Shown: positions 1 through 9,938 of the stretch, one piece after another
Layout: each line of letters opens with the position of its first letter
Numbering within the stretch: position 1 is the stretch's first letter
Source: Acidimicrobiia bacterium
Lineage (GTDB): Bacteria; Actinomycetota; Acidimicrobiia; Acidimicrobiales; Aldehydirespiratoraceae
Assembly (NCBI GenBank): GCA_024421085.1
Contig: JAHQYN010000002.1
Coordinates: 16,871 to 80,870, forward strand
Length of the DNA stretch: 64,000 nucleotides
Direction of reading: 5' to 3'
Made by a program: the position numbers and the translations under genes
The notes under the pieces: model-generated
Seen by the model: only the letters and a program-made list of their open reading frames with translations
What the model was told of the DNA's origin: nothing
Databases searched by the model: none

Positions 1-461
1 GCGATCGAACTGAACCCCTTGCGGAGTTCCGTGCCGAAGACAGCGTTGAGCACCTCGAAGAACTCTGCGAAGAACAGGAGCATCATCACGGCCATGGTCA
101 CGTCGGGAATGATGATCGGGAGATACAGCAGGGCGTCGAACACCTGCTTGCCGCGGAACTTGAAACGTTCGAGAGCCAGCGCCGACATGGTGCCGAGCAC
201 CACTGAGATCGCCGTGGAGACCACCGCGATCTTCACCGAGTTCCAAAGCGCGGCCTGGGTCTGTCGGCTGTCGACGAACTCTTCGTACCAGTCGAGAGTG
301 AAACCGCCCCAGACACCCACGTTGCGGCTGTCGCTGAACGAGAAGATCACCAGCAGCAGGATCGGGGCGTAGAAGAAGGCGTACACCAACCAGCCGTTGG
401 CCCGCAGCAGACCCTTGGTCCAGCCCCGAGGCTCGACGGCGCTGCTCGTTGGACGACTCAT
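1..461 (-). CDS. ABC transporter permease, PotC-like (partial; C-terminus outside window)
   Basis: Not in ORF track (no stop in window). Reverse-strand translation from ATG 461-459 gives MSRPTSSAVEPRGWTKGLLRANGWLVYAFFYAPILLLVIFSF...LYLPIIIPDVTMAVMMLLFF, a TM-rich permease. ATGA start/stop overlap with the upstream permease. Confidence 0.75.
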   Translation of the reverse strand, partial: MSRPTSSAVEPRGWTKGLLRANGWLVYAFFYAPILLLVIFSFSDSRNVGVWGGFTLDWYEEFVDSRQTQAALWNSVKIAVVSTAISVVLGTMSALALERFKFRGKQVFDALLYLPIIIPDVTMAVMMLLFFAEFFEVLNAVFGTELRKGFSSI

Positions 462-1362
462 AGGGTGCGCCCTCCCTTGCGGAAGTACACGACCGTGGTC
501 GTGAGCATGACCGCCATCAGCACGAACGACAGCGCTGCGCCGAACGGCCAGTTCCGAGCGGTCAGGAACTGGGTCACGATGTAGCTGCCGAGCAGGGTGG
601 TCTTGGATCCGCCGAGGATGTCGGGGGTGACGTAGGCGCCGAGGCTCGGGACGAACACGAGGATCGAGCCGGCGATCACGCCGGGCATCGACAACGGCAG
701 CAGCACCTTGCGGAACGACTGCCAGCCCGAGGCGTAGAGGTCTCGGCTGGCCTCCAACAGGCGCTTGTCGATGCGTTCGATGGCCGCGTAGAGGGGCAGG
801 ATCATGAACGGCAGGAAGCTGTAGACGAGGCCCAGAACAACCGCCGTCTTGCTGAATAGCAGCTCCCGCTCACCCAGACCGACAGCTTCGGTCACGTCGG
901 TGAAGGGGCCGTCGTTGCCCAGAATGACTCTCCAAGCATAGTTGCGGACCAGGAAATTGGTCCAGAACGGGATCATCACGAAGACCAGCATCAAGTTGCG
1001 CACGACCGGGGTTCTGGTCGCCAGGTAATAGGCGAACGGGTAGGCGATGACCAGGCAGATCAGGGTGGTCAACAGAGCGAGCCACAGCGAACGGAACAGG
1101 ATGTCGCGGACGATCGGCTCGCTGAGCCGGGCGTAGCTCGCCAGGTTCCAGCCCGACAGGTCGGTGCCGCCGAAGCGGTTGCGGGTGGCAAACGAGTAGA
1201 CCACCACGATCACCAGCGGCACCGCGAAGAACAGCACCAGGTATGAGTAGCTGGGCAGGGCCAACAGGAAACCGCGCCGAGACTCCTGCCGAATTGCTGC
1301 GGCCTCAAACTCCGGTGTGGCGACCGCGGATTCGGCGTCGGACGGGAGCTCGACCGCGGTCA

Positions 1363-2525
<1,163 letters not shown>

Positions 2526-2529
<4 letters not shown>

Positions 2530-3005
2530 GCGGTCCCCCAGTCGTAGTTCTGTTGCACCATGCGCAGGTAGGTCATCACTTCCACGTCGAGCACGCCGTT
2601 GACACGGCGGACCTGGTTGCTCACCTCCAAGAGATGCTCGTTGTCGGTGCAGACCACTTCTGCGAGCACGTCGTAGCGGCCGGCGGTGATGACCGTGTAG
2701 TCGACCGACTCGATCTGGCTGATCTTCTCTGCGGTGCTGGTAACCTCAGCGCCGACCTTTATCCCGAGCATGGCCTGCATCGAGTACCCCAACGACATCG
2801 GGTCGGTGACAGCGACGATCTGCACGACGTTGCGGGCCTGCAGGCGGTTGACCCGTTGCCGGACCGCGGCCTCGGACAGCCCGACGAGCGGCGCGAGCCG
2901 GCTGTACGACATGCGCCCGTCAACCTGCAGCTCGCGCACGATCACCTTGTCGGTGTCGTCGAGATCAACCTGCACCGTCACTGTGGCCTCCAAGTCACTG
3001 CACAC
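2526..3005 (-). CDS. Lrp/AsnC family transcriptional regulator
   Basis: N-terminal HTH (VIVRELQVDGRMSYSRLAPLVGLSEAAVRQRVNRL) plus a C-terminal AsnC-type ligand domain. ATGA overlap with the potA start. Confidence 0.85.
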
Positions 3006-3052
3006 TCCCGGTCATGGCGTGCTCCTCGTCACTGCGTGCGGCGTGCTCCCCG

Positions 3053-4459
3053 TCATGGCGTGCTCCGGCGAATGTTCTCGAACTCGGCCATGGCCTCGGT
3101 GAGGGCCTGGCGCAGCACGCTGTTGATGCGTTCGAACTCGGTTGGCCCGGCGATCAATGGGGGCGACAATTGGATCACCGGGTCACCGCGACTGTCGGCA
3201 CGACATATCAGGCCCAACTCAGCCATCCGATGGCTCAGGAAGCCGCGCAGCAGTCGGTGCGCCTCGTCTTCGCTGAAGGTCTCCTTGGTTGCTTGGTCCT
3301 TGACCAGCTCGATGCCGTAGAAGTAGCCCATGCCCCGAACATCGCCGACGATGGGCAGGTCGCTGAGATCGTCGAGCGCGGCACGGAAGGCGCCCTCGTT
3401 GGTGGTGACGTTGCCGAGCAGGTCTTCGGACTCGAAGACGTCGAGGTTGGCGAGCGCCACCGCGCAGCAGACGGGGTGGCCGCCGAAGGTGTAACCGTGC
3501 AGGAACTGTTCATCGGTGTCGACGAACGGTTCGGCGATACGGTCGCTGACGAGCATCGCACCGAGCGGCGCGTAGCCCGAAGTGAGGCCTTTGGCGCTGG
3601 TGATGATGTCGGGCACGTAACCGAGCCGTTCGGAGCCGAACATGGCGCCCAGGCGTCCGTAGGCGCAGATGACTTCATCGCTGACCAGCAGCACGCCGTG
3701 TTCGTCACAGATCTCCCGCACCCGTGCGAAATAACCGTCGGGCGGGGTGAGGCAACCGCCCGCGTTCTGCACGGGTTCCAAGAAGACCGCAGCGACGGTC
3801 TCGGGTCCCTCCCGCAGCATCGCCTGCTCGATCTCCTCGGCGAAGTAGCTGTCGTCGGTGACCCATTCAGGCTTGCGGTAGGCATTGGTGTTGGTGACCT
3901 TGACAGCACCGGGCACCAGGGGCTCGAAGGGCCCTTTCACCGACGCCAGACCGGTGATCGACAGGGCACCCATGCTGGTGCCGTGGTAGCTGAGGTCACG
4001 GCTGATCACCTTGGTCCTCAGCGGTTGGCCGATGAGCTTGAAGTACTGGCGGGCCAGTTTCCACGCCGATTCGACCGCTTCTGAACCGCCGCTGGTGAAG
4101 AACACCCGGTTGAGGTCGCCTGGCGAGATCGAGGCGAGCCGGGCTGCGAGCTCGATGGCCATCGGGTGGGCGTAGGTCCAGATGGGAAAGAAACTGAGCT
4201 TCTCGGCTTGGGCGCCGGCGGCTCGGGCGAGCTCCACGCGGCCATATCCGACCTGGGTTGCGTAGAGACCGGCCAGACCGTCAAGGAAGCGCTTGCCGTG
4301 GTTGTCCCAGATGTAACAGCCCTCGCCGCGTTCGATGATCGGCATGCCGTCGATGCTGCGGCCCAGCGAGGAGAAATTGCCCCACAGGTGCCGGTCTGCT
4401 TGAAGCGCGAGTTCCACGTTCGCCGATGACGTCATTCGCCAGGCCCTCCCCGATGACAT
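3053..4459 (-). CDS. class-III PLP aminotransferase (omega/putrescine-type)
   Basis: 468 aa. Contains SDEVICAYGRLG and the ITSAKGLTSGY PLP-lysine region typical of the aspartate aminotransferase family, class III. Confidence 0.85.
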   Translation of the reverse strand: MSSGRAWRMTSSANVELALQADRHLWGNFSSLGRSIDGMPIIERGEGCYIWDNHGKRFLDGLAGLYATQVGYGRVELARAAGAQAEKLSFFPIWTYAHPMAIELAARLASISPGDLNRVFFTSGGSEAVESAWKLARQYFKLIGQPLRTKVISRDLSYHGTSMGALSITGLASVKGPFEPLVPGAVKVTNTNAYRKPEWVTDDSYFAEEIEQAMLREGPETVAAVFLEPVQNAGGCLTPPDGYFARVREICDEHGVLLVSDEVICAYGRLGAMFGSERLGYVPDIITSAKGLTSGYAPLGAMLVSDRIAEPFVDTDEQFLHGYTFGGHPVCCAVALANLDVFESEDLLGNVTTNEGAFRAALDDLSDLPIVGDVRGMGYFYGIELVKDQATKETFSEDEAHRLLRGFLSHRMAELGLICRADSRGDPVIQLSPPLIAGPTEFERINSVLRQALTEAMAEFENIRRSTP

Positions 4460-4584
4460 GTTCTCTTGTTGTTGCTGTTGCTGTTGCTAGCTGTACGGAT
4501 TCAACATCAGATTCAGCCTTGGCGCAACCGGATCAGTTGACTATTTCGCTTGTGACTTTCGTATGCGTGGTTCACAATGGTTCC

Positions 4585-5679
4585 ATGCAGCGGCCCGCCA
4601 TACGAATCGTCGACCTCTCGGGCACCCCCGAGGCGATGGGTGCCGCTCACGGGCACAGCTACGCCGAAGAGATCCGGCAGTACACCGCTGAGCGGGTTCG
4701 GCTGGTCGCCGAGGGTCTGTGGTCGGGCGGTCCCATCAAGCCGGGCGACGTGATCGACCTGGCTGAATCGATGCTTCCGGCGCACGAACGGCATTCGCCG
4801 CGGCTCTACGCCGAGATGGTGGCCATGGCTGATGCTGCGGGGATCTCTGCTTCGGAAGCGGTTGTGGTCGGTGGTTTCACAGACTTCGTAGACACGGTTC
4901 GGGCAGTTGTGGACGGAGGCGGGGCACATCCCGAATCGGTCGTCGTCGACGACTGCACCGCGGCGATCGTGCCTGACTGTCGCGCGGGCGGTTCTGGATA
5001 CATGGCCCAGACCTGGGACATGCATGCCGGCGCCACCGACCGTGTGATACTGCTGCGGATCAAGCCCGATGACGCGCCCGCGGCCCTGGTGTTCACCACC
5101 GTGGGCGCGCTGGGCCAGATCGGCATGAACGAACTGGGCGTCTGCGTCGGCATCAACAACCTGACCGCGACCGACGGCACTCCGGGCGTCGTCTGGACAC
5201 AGGTCGTGCGCCACGCGCTTGAACAGTCCTCGGCCGACGCGGCCCGCGACGCGGTGTTGGACGCAGACCTGGCCGGCGGTCACAACTTTCTGGTCTTCGA
5301 TGCCCGCGGGGTCGGTTACAACATTGAGGCCATGCCCGGCGCTCGACCCGTCACCCCGGTCGCCGGCGATGCCGTTGCCCACACCAACCACACGCTGACC
5401 GATTCGGCGGGCGCGCTGCAAGGCCCCCGTCCCAGCGCCCTCGACGAGAACTCGAGGCGTCGCCTCAGCACCGCGCAGCGACGGTTGGACCGTGACGGCG
5501 TCACCGAAGCGGATCTGATGGCGCTCACCCGTGACCCCGCGGTCTGTCAAGTCGCGACCGACCCCTACCACGTCGAGTCTTCCGGTGCTGTCGTTATGCG
5601 CCCGAAGACCAAGGATTTCTGGGCCGTATGGGGGCTTCCCTCCATGAACGACTATCGACACGTCGAGTTCCCTTCGTGA
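4585..5679 (+). CDS. peptidase C45 / acyl-CoA:6-aminopenicillanic-acid acyltransferase family protein
   Basis: Contains DDCTAAIV (Ntn-type Cys), AQTWDMH, NELGVCVGINNL and GHNFLVFD. I moved the start to ATG 4585 (MQRPAIRIVDLSG) because the upstream part of the ORF overlaps the aminotransferase start. Confidence 0.7.
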   Translation: MQRPAIRIVDLSGTPEAMGAAHGHSYAEEIRQYTAERVRLVAEGLWSGGPIKPGDVIDLAESMLPAHERHSPRLYAEMVAMADAAGISASEAVVVGGFTDFVDTVRAVVDGGGAHPESVVVDDCTAAIVPDCRAGGSGYMAQTWDMHAGATDRVILLRIKPDDAPAALVFTTVGALGQIGMNELGVCVGINNLTATDGTPGVVWTQVVRHALEQSSADAARDAVLDADLAGGHNFLVFDARGVGYNIEAMPGARPVTPVAGDAVAHTNHTLTDSAGALQGPRPSALDENSRRRLSTAQRRLDRDGVTEADLMALTRDPAVCQVATDPYHVESSGAVVMRPKTKDFWAVWGLPSMNDYRHVEFPS

Positions 5680-5704
5680 TCTGGTCTGTTGTGTGGGTGC
5701 GGCG

Positions 5705-6331
5705 ATGAGTGAACTCGAATACGTCAACCTCTCGGTGGAGCATGCCGAGGCCTTGGAGGAACTGGAACTGTCGGTGTTCTCGACCATCGATCCCGCCGAT
5801 CTCTACGACGCATCCGAGTTGGAGCGGCTGGCCCAAGTGTTCCCGGAAGGCAATTTCGTGGTTCTCGACGACGGCCGGCCGATCGGCATGGGCCTGGGCA
5901 TTCTCGTTGAGTTCGACTTCGACCACGCCGAGCATTCCCTGGCCGACGTAGCCGGCGAGGACGGTGTGTCGAACCATGACATCAGCCATCGGTGGTACTA
6001 CGGCACCGATATCTCTGTGTACCCCGAGTACCGCGGGCGGGGGATCGGTCGTCGTTTGTATGAACTGCGCAAGGACTGTGTCCGTCGGCTCAACAAGCGT
6101 GGCATCGTCGCGGGCGGCGTGCTCCCCGGCTATGCCGACCACATCAACGACATGAGCGCTGACGAGTACATCGACAAGGTCGTTGCTGGCGAGATGCACG
6201 ACCCGACCCTGAGCTTCCAACTCAACAACGGATTCGTCGCCCTCGGCGCTCTGCCCGGCTATCTCGAGGACCCGACCGTCGGCAACAACTCAGTCCTGAT
6301 CGTCTGGCACAACCCGGACTACCAGCCCTAA
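5705..6331 (+). CDS. GNAT family N-acetyltransferase
   Basis: Acetyl-CoA motif VYPEYRGRGIGRRLY. ATG 5705 (MSELEYV) preferred over GTG 5693. Confidence 0.75.
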   Translation: MSELEYVNLSVEHAEALEELELSVFSTIDPADLYDASELERLAQVFPEGNFVVLDDGRPIGMGLGILVEFDFDHAEHSLADVAGEDGVSNHDISHRWYYGTDISVYPEYRGRGIGRRLYELRKDCVRRLNKRGIVAGGVLPGYADHINDMSADEYIDKVVAGEMHDPTLSFQLNNGFVALGALPGYLEDPTVGNNSVLIVWHNPDYQP

Positions 6332-6435
6332 CCCCCCGCCCGGCCGGTCTCAGTCCGTCTCAGCGCTGCCCCGACGATGCTTGAGAATCGCCTTCTGCGT
6401 GGCTGGTTGCTCGGTTTCAGTGGGGGTGTGGACTG

Positions 6436-6936
6436 TCAAGATCGATCTTCACCCGATGACGGTTCTGCGGCATCGGCGCGATGCCGCAGTTCGTAGAGCA
6501 CAAGCACGAAACAGCCGCACACAACAAACATGTCGGCCACATTGAAAACCGCGTACCAGGAGACGTCTATGAAATCGACGACCTCGCCCGAGAGGAAACC
6601 GTCGTCGCCCCGCACGACCCGGTCGGTGAGGTTGCCGAGAGCCCCTCCGAGGATCGCGGCGAGGATCCCGGCACGGACCGGCAGCGTCTCAACCCAGATC
6701 CGCCAGCCGATGAATCCACACAGGACGATGACCAGCGCGCCCACCAGCGGGCCGTAGCCAGCGCCGGCGCCGAAGGAGAAACCACTGTTGTAGGTGAGGT
6801 CGAACTCGAGCGTCGGGAGGACGTCGATGGTGCGCCCCCGTCTGAGCCGACCGATGGCCCATTCCTTGGAGAGTTGGTCCAGCACCACCACTGTTGCGAT
6901 GACAACGCCTGTGACCTGCCACTTCCGTGATCGCAT
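6436..6936 (-). CDS. lspA: lipoprotein signal peptidase (signal peptidase II)
   Basis: LDQLSKEWA, YNSGFSFG and FNVADMFVVCG motifs, with 4 TM segments. Confidence 0.85.
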   Translation of the reverse strand: MRSRKWQVTGVVIATVVVLDQLSKEWAIGRLRRGRTIDVLPTLEFDLTYNSGFSFGAGAGYGPLVGALVIVLCGFIGWRIWVETLPVRAGILAAILGGALGNLTDRVVRGDDGFLSGEVVDFIDVSWYAVFNVADMFVVCGCFVLVLYELRHRADAAEPSSGEDRS

Positions 6937-6992
6937 CAGTTCACGCTAGCGCTGGCAGTTACCCGCCCGTTCAGGCGCGGACCCTCACCCCA

Positions 6993-7035
6993 CCCACCCC
7001 GACCTCAAACGCGAAGAGCCGGATTGGTGATCGAT
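6993..7035. repeat. short conserved motif, copy 1 (partner at 15552-15600)
   Basis: cccac(c/t)ccgacctcaaacgcgaagagccgg followed by ggtgatc is shared between the two loci in the same orientation. Confidence 0.6.
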
Positions 7036-7043
7036 GCAAGTTC

Positions 7044-7751
7044 TCAATGTGTTTGCAGGCGCTCGATCAGGTGGGGTCCGTCGTTGCGGGTGTTGTTGAC
7101 CTCGGTCGACACGGGGTGCATGCGGATCGTCTCGGCCGGCGCGGGGACCAGCAGTTCGGTCATCGCTTCGGCGTCGGTGTTGGTGGGGTCGAGCCAGAAT
7201 TCCCAGGTGTCGTCCGGCAGAATCACGGGCATGCGGTCGTGGATCTCGGCGATGGCTGTGTTGGCGGCGCAGGTGAGGATCGTGCATGAGTGCAGTTCGA
7301 TGGGCTCTCCGTCGGGGTCGAGGTCGTCTCGGTCGTGCCACACCGCCCACAGCCCGGCGAAGGCGAACGGCTCGGCGTCGGGGTGGCTGATGAACATGGG
7401 CTGCTTGTGTTTGGAGCCTTCGAGGCGCTGCCATTCGTAGAACCCGTCGGCTGGGATGATGCAACGCCGCTTGGTGAGTGAGGAGCGGAAAGCGTTCTTG
7501 GCAGCGGCGGTCTCGGCGCGGGCGTTGATCATCCGCGAGCCGGTCCGGGGGTCCTTGGCCCAAGACGGCACCAGCCCCCAGCGCAGCGAGTCGAGCCGGC
7601 GCACACCGCGGGTCTCACGCGCGGCATGCACGAGTTGGGTCGGGGCGATGTTGTGACTGGGATCCAGAGCCGTGCCCGGGTCCGGTGCCTGCGCCCTCAA
7701 GAACCGCGCCAGTTCGTCCGGCGGAGTATTGGAAACAAAACGCCCACACAT
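7044..7751 (-). CDS. SOS response-associated peptidase (SRAP/YedK family, abasic-site DNA-protein crosslink)
   Basis: Starts MCGRF (catalytic Cys2). Contains WGLVPSWAKD, INARAET and IIPADGFYEW. Confidence 0.9.
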   Translation of the reverse strand: MCGRFVSNTPPDELARFLRAQAPDPGTALDPSHNIAPTQLVHAARETRGVRRLDSLRWGLVPSWAKDPRTGSRMINARAETAAAKNAFRSSLTKRRCIIPADGFYEWQRLEGSKHKQPMFISHPDAEPFAFAGLWAVWHDRDDLDPDGEPIELHSCTILTCAANTAIAEIHDRMPVILPDDTWEFWLDPTNTDAEAMTELLVPAPAETIRMHPVSTEVNNTRNDGPHLIERLQTH

Positions 7752-7836
7752 CCCCCCGAACCTACCCCGCCTAGTTTGACATAGTTGTTGCGGGCCGAGC
7801 CGGGGCTAGCTGTTGACGTTTCCTGGTTGCTCCCAC

Positions 7837-9372
7837 CTACCCATTGTCGAATCCTTGTTGGTCTCTCGCTAGCAGCTGTTGTCGCAGTTCGGACATTGTG
7901 AGCCGCTGCCCCTTGGTGCGGTTGCAGGATGTGCAGAGCAGTTGCAGGTTGTCGTCTGCGTCGATGCCGCCTTTGGCGCGTGGTTGGATGTGGTCTAGGT
8001 CGAAGTCGTCAAGATACTTGTGACGTTGGCAGGCTGGGCATGGGCGGCGGTCTCCCTCGCCGAGCGCGGCCCAAAGTATCGCTCGGATGTTGGGTGACCG
8101 CATGGGCCGGTCGGGATCAGTGCGAACAGGCGGCTTAGGTGGCAGGTGCAACAGGGGCAGCCCTTCGCGCAGCCCCTCGAGGTCCACATTGTGGACAGCC
8201 GCGTCAGACTCTTCTTGGAGTCGTTTCTGGGTGATGCCTATGGCTACTTCGTCGATGTCGATGCCAGCCCATCGCCGCCCTAACCGCTCAGCAGCCACCA
8301 TCGTGGTGGCGCAGCCGCAGAACGGGTCGAGCACCATGTCGTCGGGGTTTGAGGAGGCAGCGATGAAGTGTTCATAGAGGGCAAGAGGTTTCTGGGTAGG
8401 CCATCCGCTCGCCTCTTTGCCCGCAACCGGGGGGATGTGCGTGATGATGTCGCTCGCGGGGTTGCCCTGTTTGGTGGACAAGTAACTCTTGTAGCGCGGG
8501 ATGCCGTTCTCGCTCCAGCGCAGTAGCCCGGCATCATCAAGTGCTTCACACTTTGCGAGAACATCGAACTGCTCGTAGTCGGCGGGCAGCTTCGCGCCTG
8601 CGGAAGGCGGGAATTTGTCGCGTCGGGGCGGCGACCAAGCACGTCCCGTTGATGGCTCTGCGTCCCGGAACGACTCGTATGCGAGCGGACCACCCCTCTT
8701 GCCGCCCGTGAGCGGCTGCGTCTGGTACGGCCCCAAGCCGTCTTCATCGTCGTAGCGATAGCTCATACGGACATACTCAGGGTCGTGGGGCCTGTACTGC
8801 TGGTTCCAGACAAAATCTGATTGAGACTTGGTGTAGTAGAAGATTCTGTCGCTGTCGCGGGCGTAGCGCTGGGTTCCGAGCGACTTGGTGCTGGTGCGCT
8901 TCCAGACAATCTCGTTGCGGAACCGGTTGTGCCCGAAGACGCTGTCGCACAGTTGCTTGAGGTAGTGCGACGCGTGAGGGTCGCAGTGCAGGTACAACCC
9001 GCCGTTCGGCTTCAGCGCTCGCCAGATCTCGACGAGCCGCAACGCCATGAACACCATGTACGCCTGCATCGCGTCCCCCGCGGACAGACCTGCCCCAACG
9101 ACCGTGTGATACAGGGCTGGGTCAGCGGCTTCCTGAAGTTCCGTCCATTCGGCCTTCATGCCGTCCATCGTCCACGTGTCGCTGAACTGGGCTCCGGCGG
9201 CTCCAGAGCCGAGCGGTGCGTTGTACAGGCGCTTGGAGTTGAACGGTGGGTCCAAGCACACCAAGTCGATGCACTCCGAGTTGATGCCACGCAGGACCTT
9301 CAGATTGTCGTCGATCCACAGCGTCCGGTTCAGGAAGTTCGGCTTTGCGGGTTCCGAAGTCGGGTCTGGCAT
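7837..9372 (-). CDS. beta-class DNA amino-methyltransferase (N4-C/N6-A) fused to a C-terminal HNH nuclease domain
   Basis: Motif IV CLDPPFNS lies near the N-terminus and motif I VLDPFCGCATT about 300 aa later. The C-terminus reads CPACQ..DLDHIQPRAKGG..DNLQLLCTSCNRTKG. GC is lower than in the flanks. Confidence 0.85.
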   Translation of the reverse strand: MPDPTSEPAKPNFLNRTLWIDDNLKVLRGINSECIDLVCLDPPFNSKRLYNAPLGSGAAGAQFSDTWTMDGMKAEWTELQEAADPALYHTVVGAGLSAGDAMQAYMVFMALRLVEIWRALKPNGGLYLHCDPHASHYLKQLCDSVFGHNRFRNEIVWKRTSTKSLGTQRYARDSDRIFYYTKSQSDFVWNQQYRPHDPEYVRMSYRYDDEDGLGPYQTQPLTGGKRGGPLAYESFRDAEPSTGRAWSPPRRDKFPPSAGAKLPADYEQFDVLAKCEALDDAGLLRWSENGIPRYKSYLSTKQGNPASDIITHIPPVAGKEASGWPTQKPLALYEHFIAASSNPDDMVLDPFCGCATTMVAAERLGRRWAGIDIDEVAIGITQKRLQEESDAAVHNVDLEGLREGLPLLHLPPKPPVRTDPDRPMRSPNIRAILWAALGEGDRRPCPACQRHKYLDDFDLDHIQPRAKGGIDADDNLQLLCTSCNRTKGQRLTMSELRQQLLARDQQGFDNG

Positions 9373-9383
9373 GGAGTCACACG

Positions 9384-9524
9384 TTACTTCACCCCTCTGA
9401 CAGCGAGACGGGATCGCGGCGCGTCGAAGCAGTCGTGCTCGTATGCACGGTGGCGGTCACCTGCGAGGACGGCGACCTCCCACAGTTCGCCGTCGAGCTC
9501 CCGCGTCGGGAGTCGCCAGGTCAA
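9384..9524 (-). CDS. hypothetical 46-aa ORF (TTG start)
   Basis: Not in ORF track. TTGA overlap with the stop of the 68-aa ORF. Translation MTWRLPTRELDGELWEVAVLAGDRHRAYEHDCFDAPRSRLAVRGVK. GC3 is about 78% by hand count. Ends 11 nt before the MTase ATG. Confidence 0.3.
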   Translation of the reverse strand: MTWRLPTRELDGELWEVAVLAGDRHRAYEHDCFDAPRSRLAVRGVK

Positions 9525-9727
9525 GTTGGCGACGGTTCAAAGGACGACACGACGAGCCAGGCCCGCCGCGCGATCTCGCTGGAGAAGCTCCCAGCCTTGG
9601 CCTGTACCTTCAACTCTTCCCAGGTGCATTCGGGTTGGGCGAGAGCGTTGTCGATGACAGCGCTTACACCTGCATCGTCCAGAACGTCGACCTCAATTTT
9701 GCTATAGCGATCTGTGTGCCCGGTCAT
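9521..9727 (-). CDS. hypothetical 68-aa protein
   Basis: ORF-track ORF preceded by GAGGAGG. No family recognised. Confidence 0.4.
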   Translation of the reverse strand: MTGHTDRYSKIEVDVLDDAGVSAVIDNALAQPECTWEELKVQAKAGSFSSEIARRAWLVVSSFEPSPT

Positions 9728-9760
9728 GGCCTCCTCATTCCCGTTGGGTCGGCCGGATGC

Positions 9761-9901
9761 TCATTTCGCACCCGCTTGCCGCAATGCTGTCACACATCGT
9801 GCTACGGGGCTGTGAAGGTCTCGCGCCCGGTTGCGCCGGTCCGGCAGGAGGTGGTGTATGGCGGTGGGGCGGATGAGCAGGTCGCATTGCGGGCGCTCCA
9901 T
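9761..9901 (-). CDS. hypothetical 46-aa ORF
   Basis: Not in ORF track. ATG preceded by AAGGGAG at good spacing. Translation MERPQCDLLIRPTAIHHLLPDRRNRARDLHSPVARCVTALRQAGAK. Confidence 0.3.
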   Translation of the reverse strand: MERPQCDLLIRPTAIHHLLPDRRNRARDLHSPVARCVTALRQAGAK

Positions 9902-9938
9902 TGCGTCTACTCCCTTTCAATTGCAGGACTCGGTTCGG

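Noticed and set aside
19-372. 117-aa plus-strand ORF at the window start
   Set aside because: It is antisense to a clear PotC-like permease reading frame. Its composition is rich in R, S and T, as is typical of shadow ORFs in high-GC DNA.
3014-5787. Long antisense ORFs 3014-4084(+) and 4513-5787(-)
   Set aside because: They lie opposite the aminotransferase and the C45 gene. They have no motifs and an Arg/Gly/Asp-rich composition.
7752-7836. LexA/SOS box upstream of the SRAP gene
   Set aside because: No TCGAAC-N4-GTTCGA-like palindrome is present in the 85-bp upstream gap.
9735-9920. 61-aa minus-strand ORF (MKGSRRNGAPAMRPAHPPHRH...)
   Set aside because: Its composition is Pro/Arg-rich junk. 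A different frame in the same interval (9761-9901) has a proper RBS and looks more protein-like.
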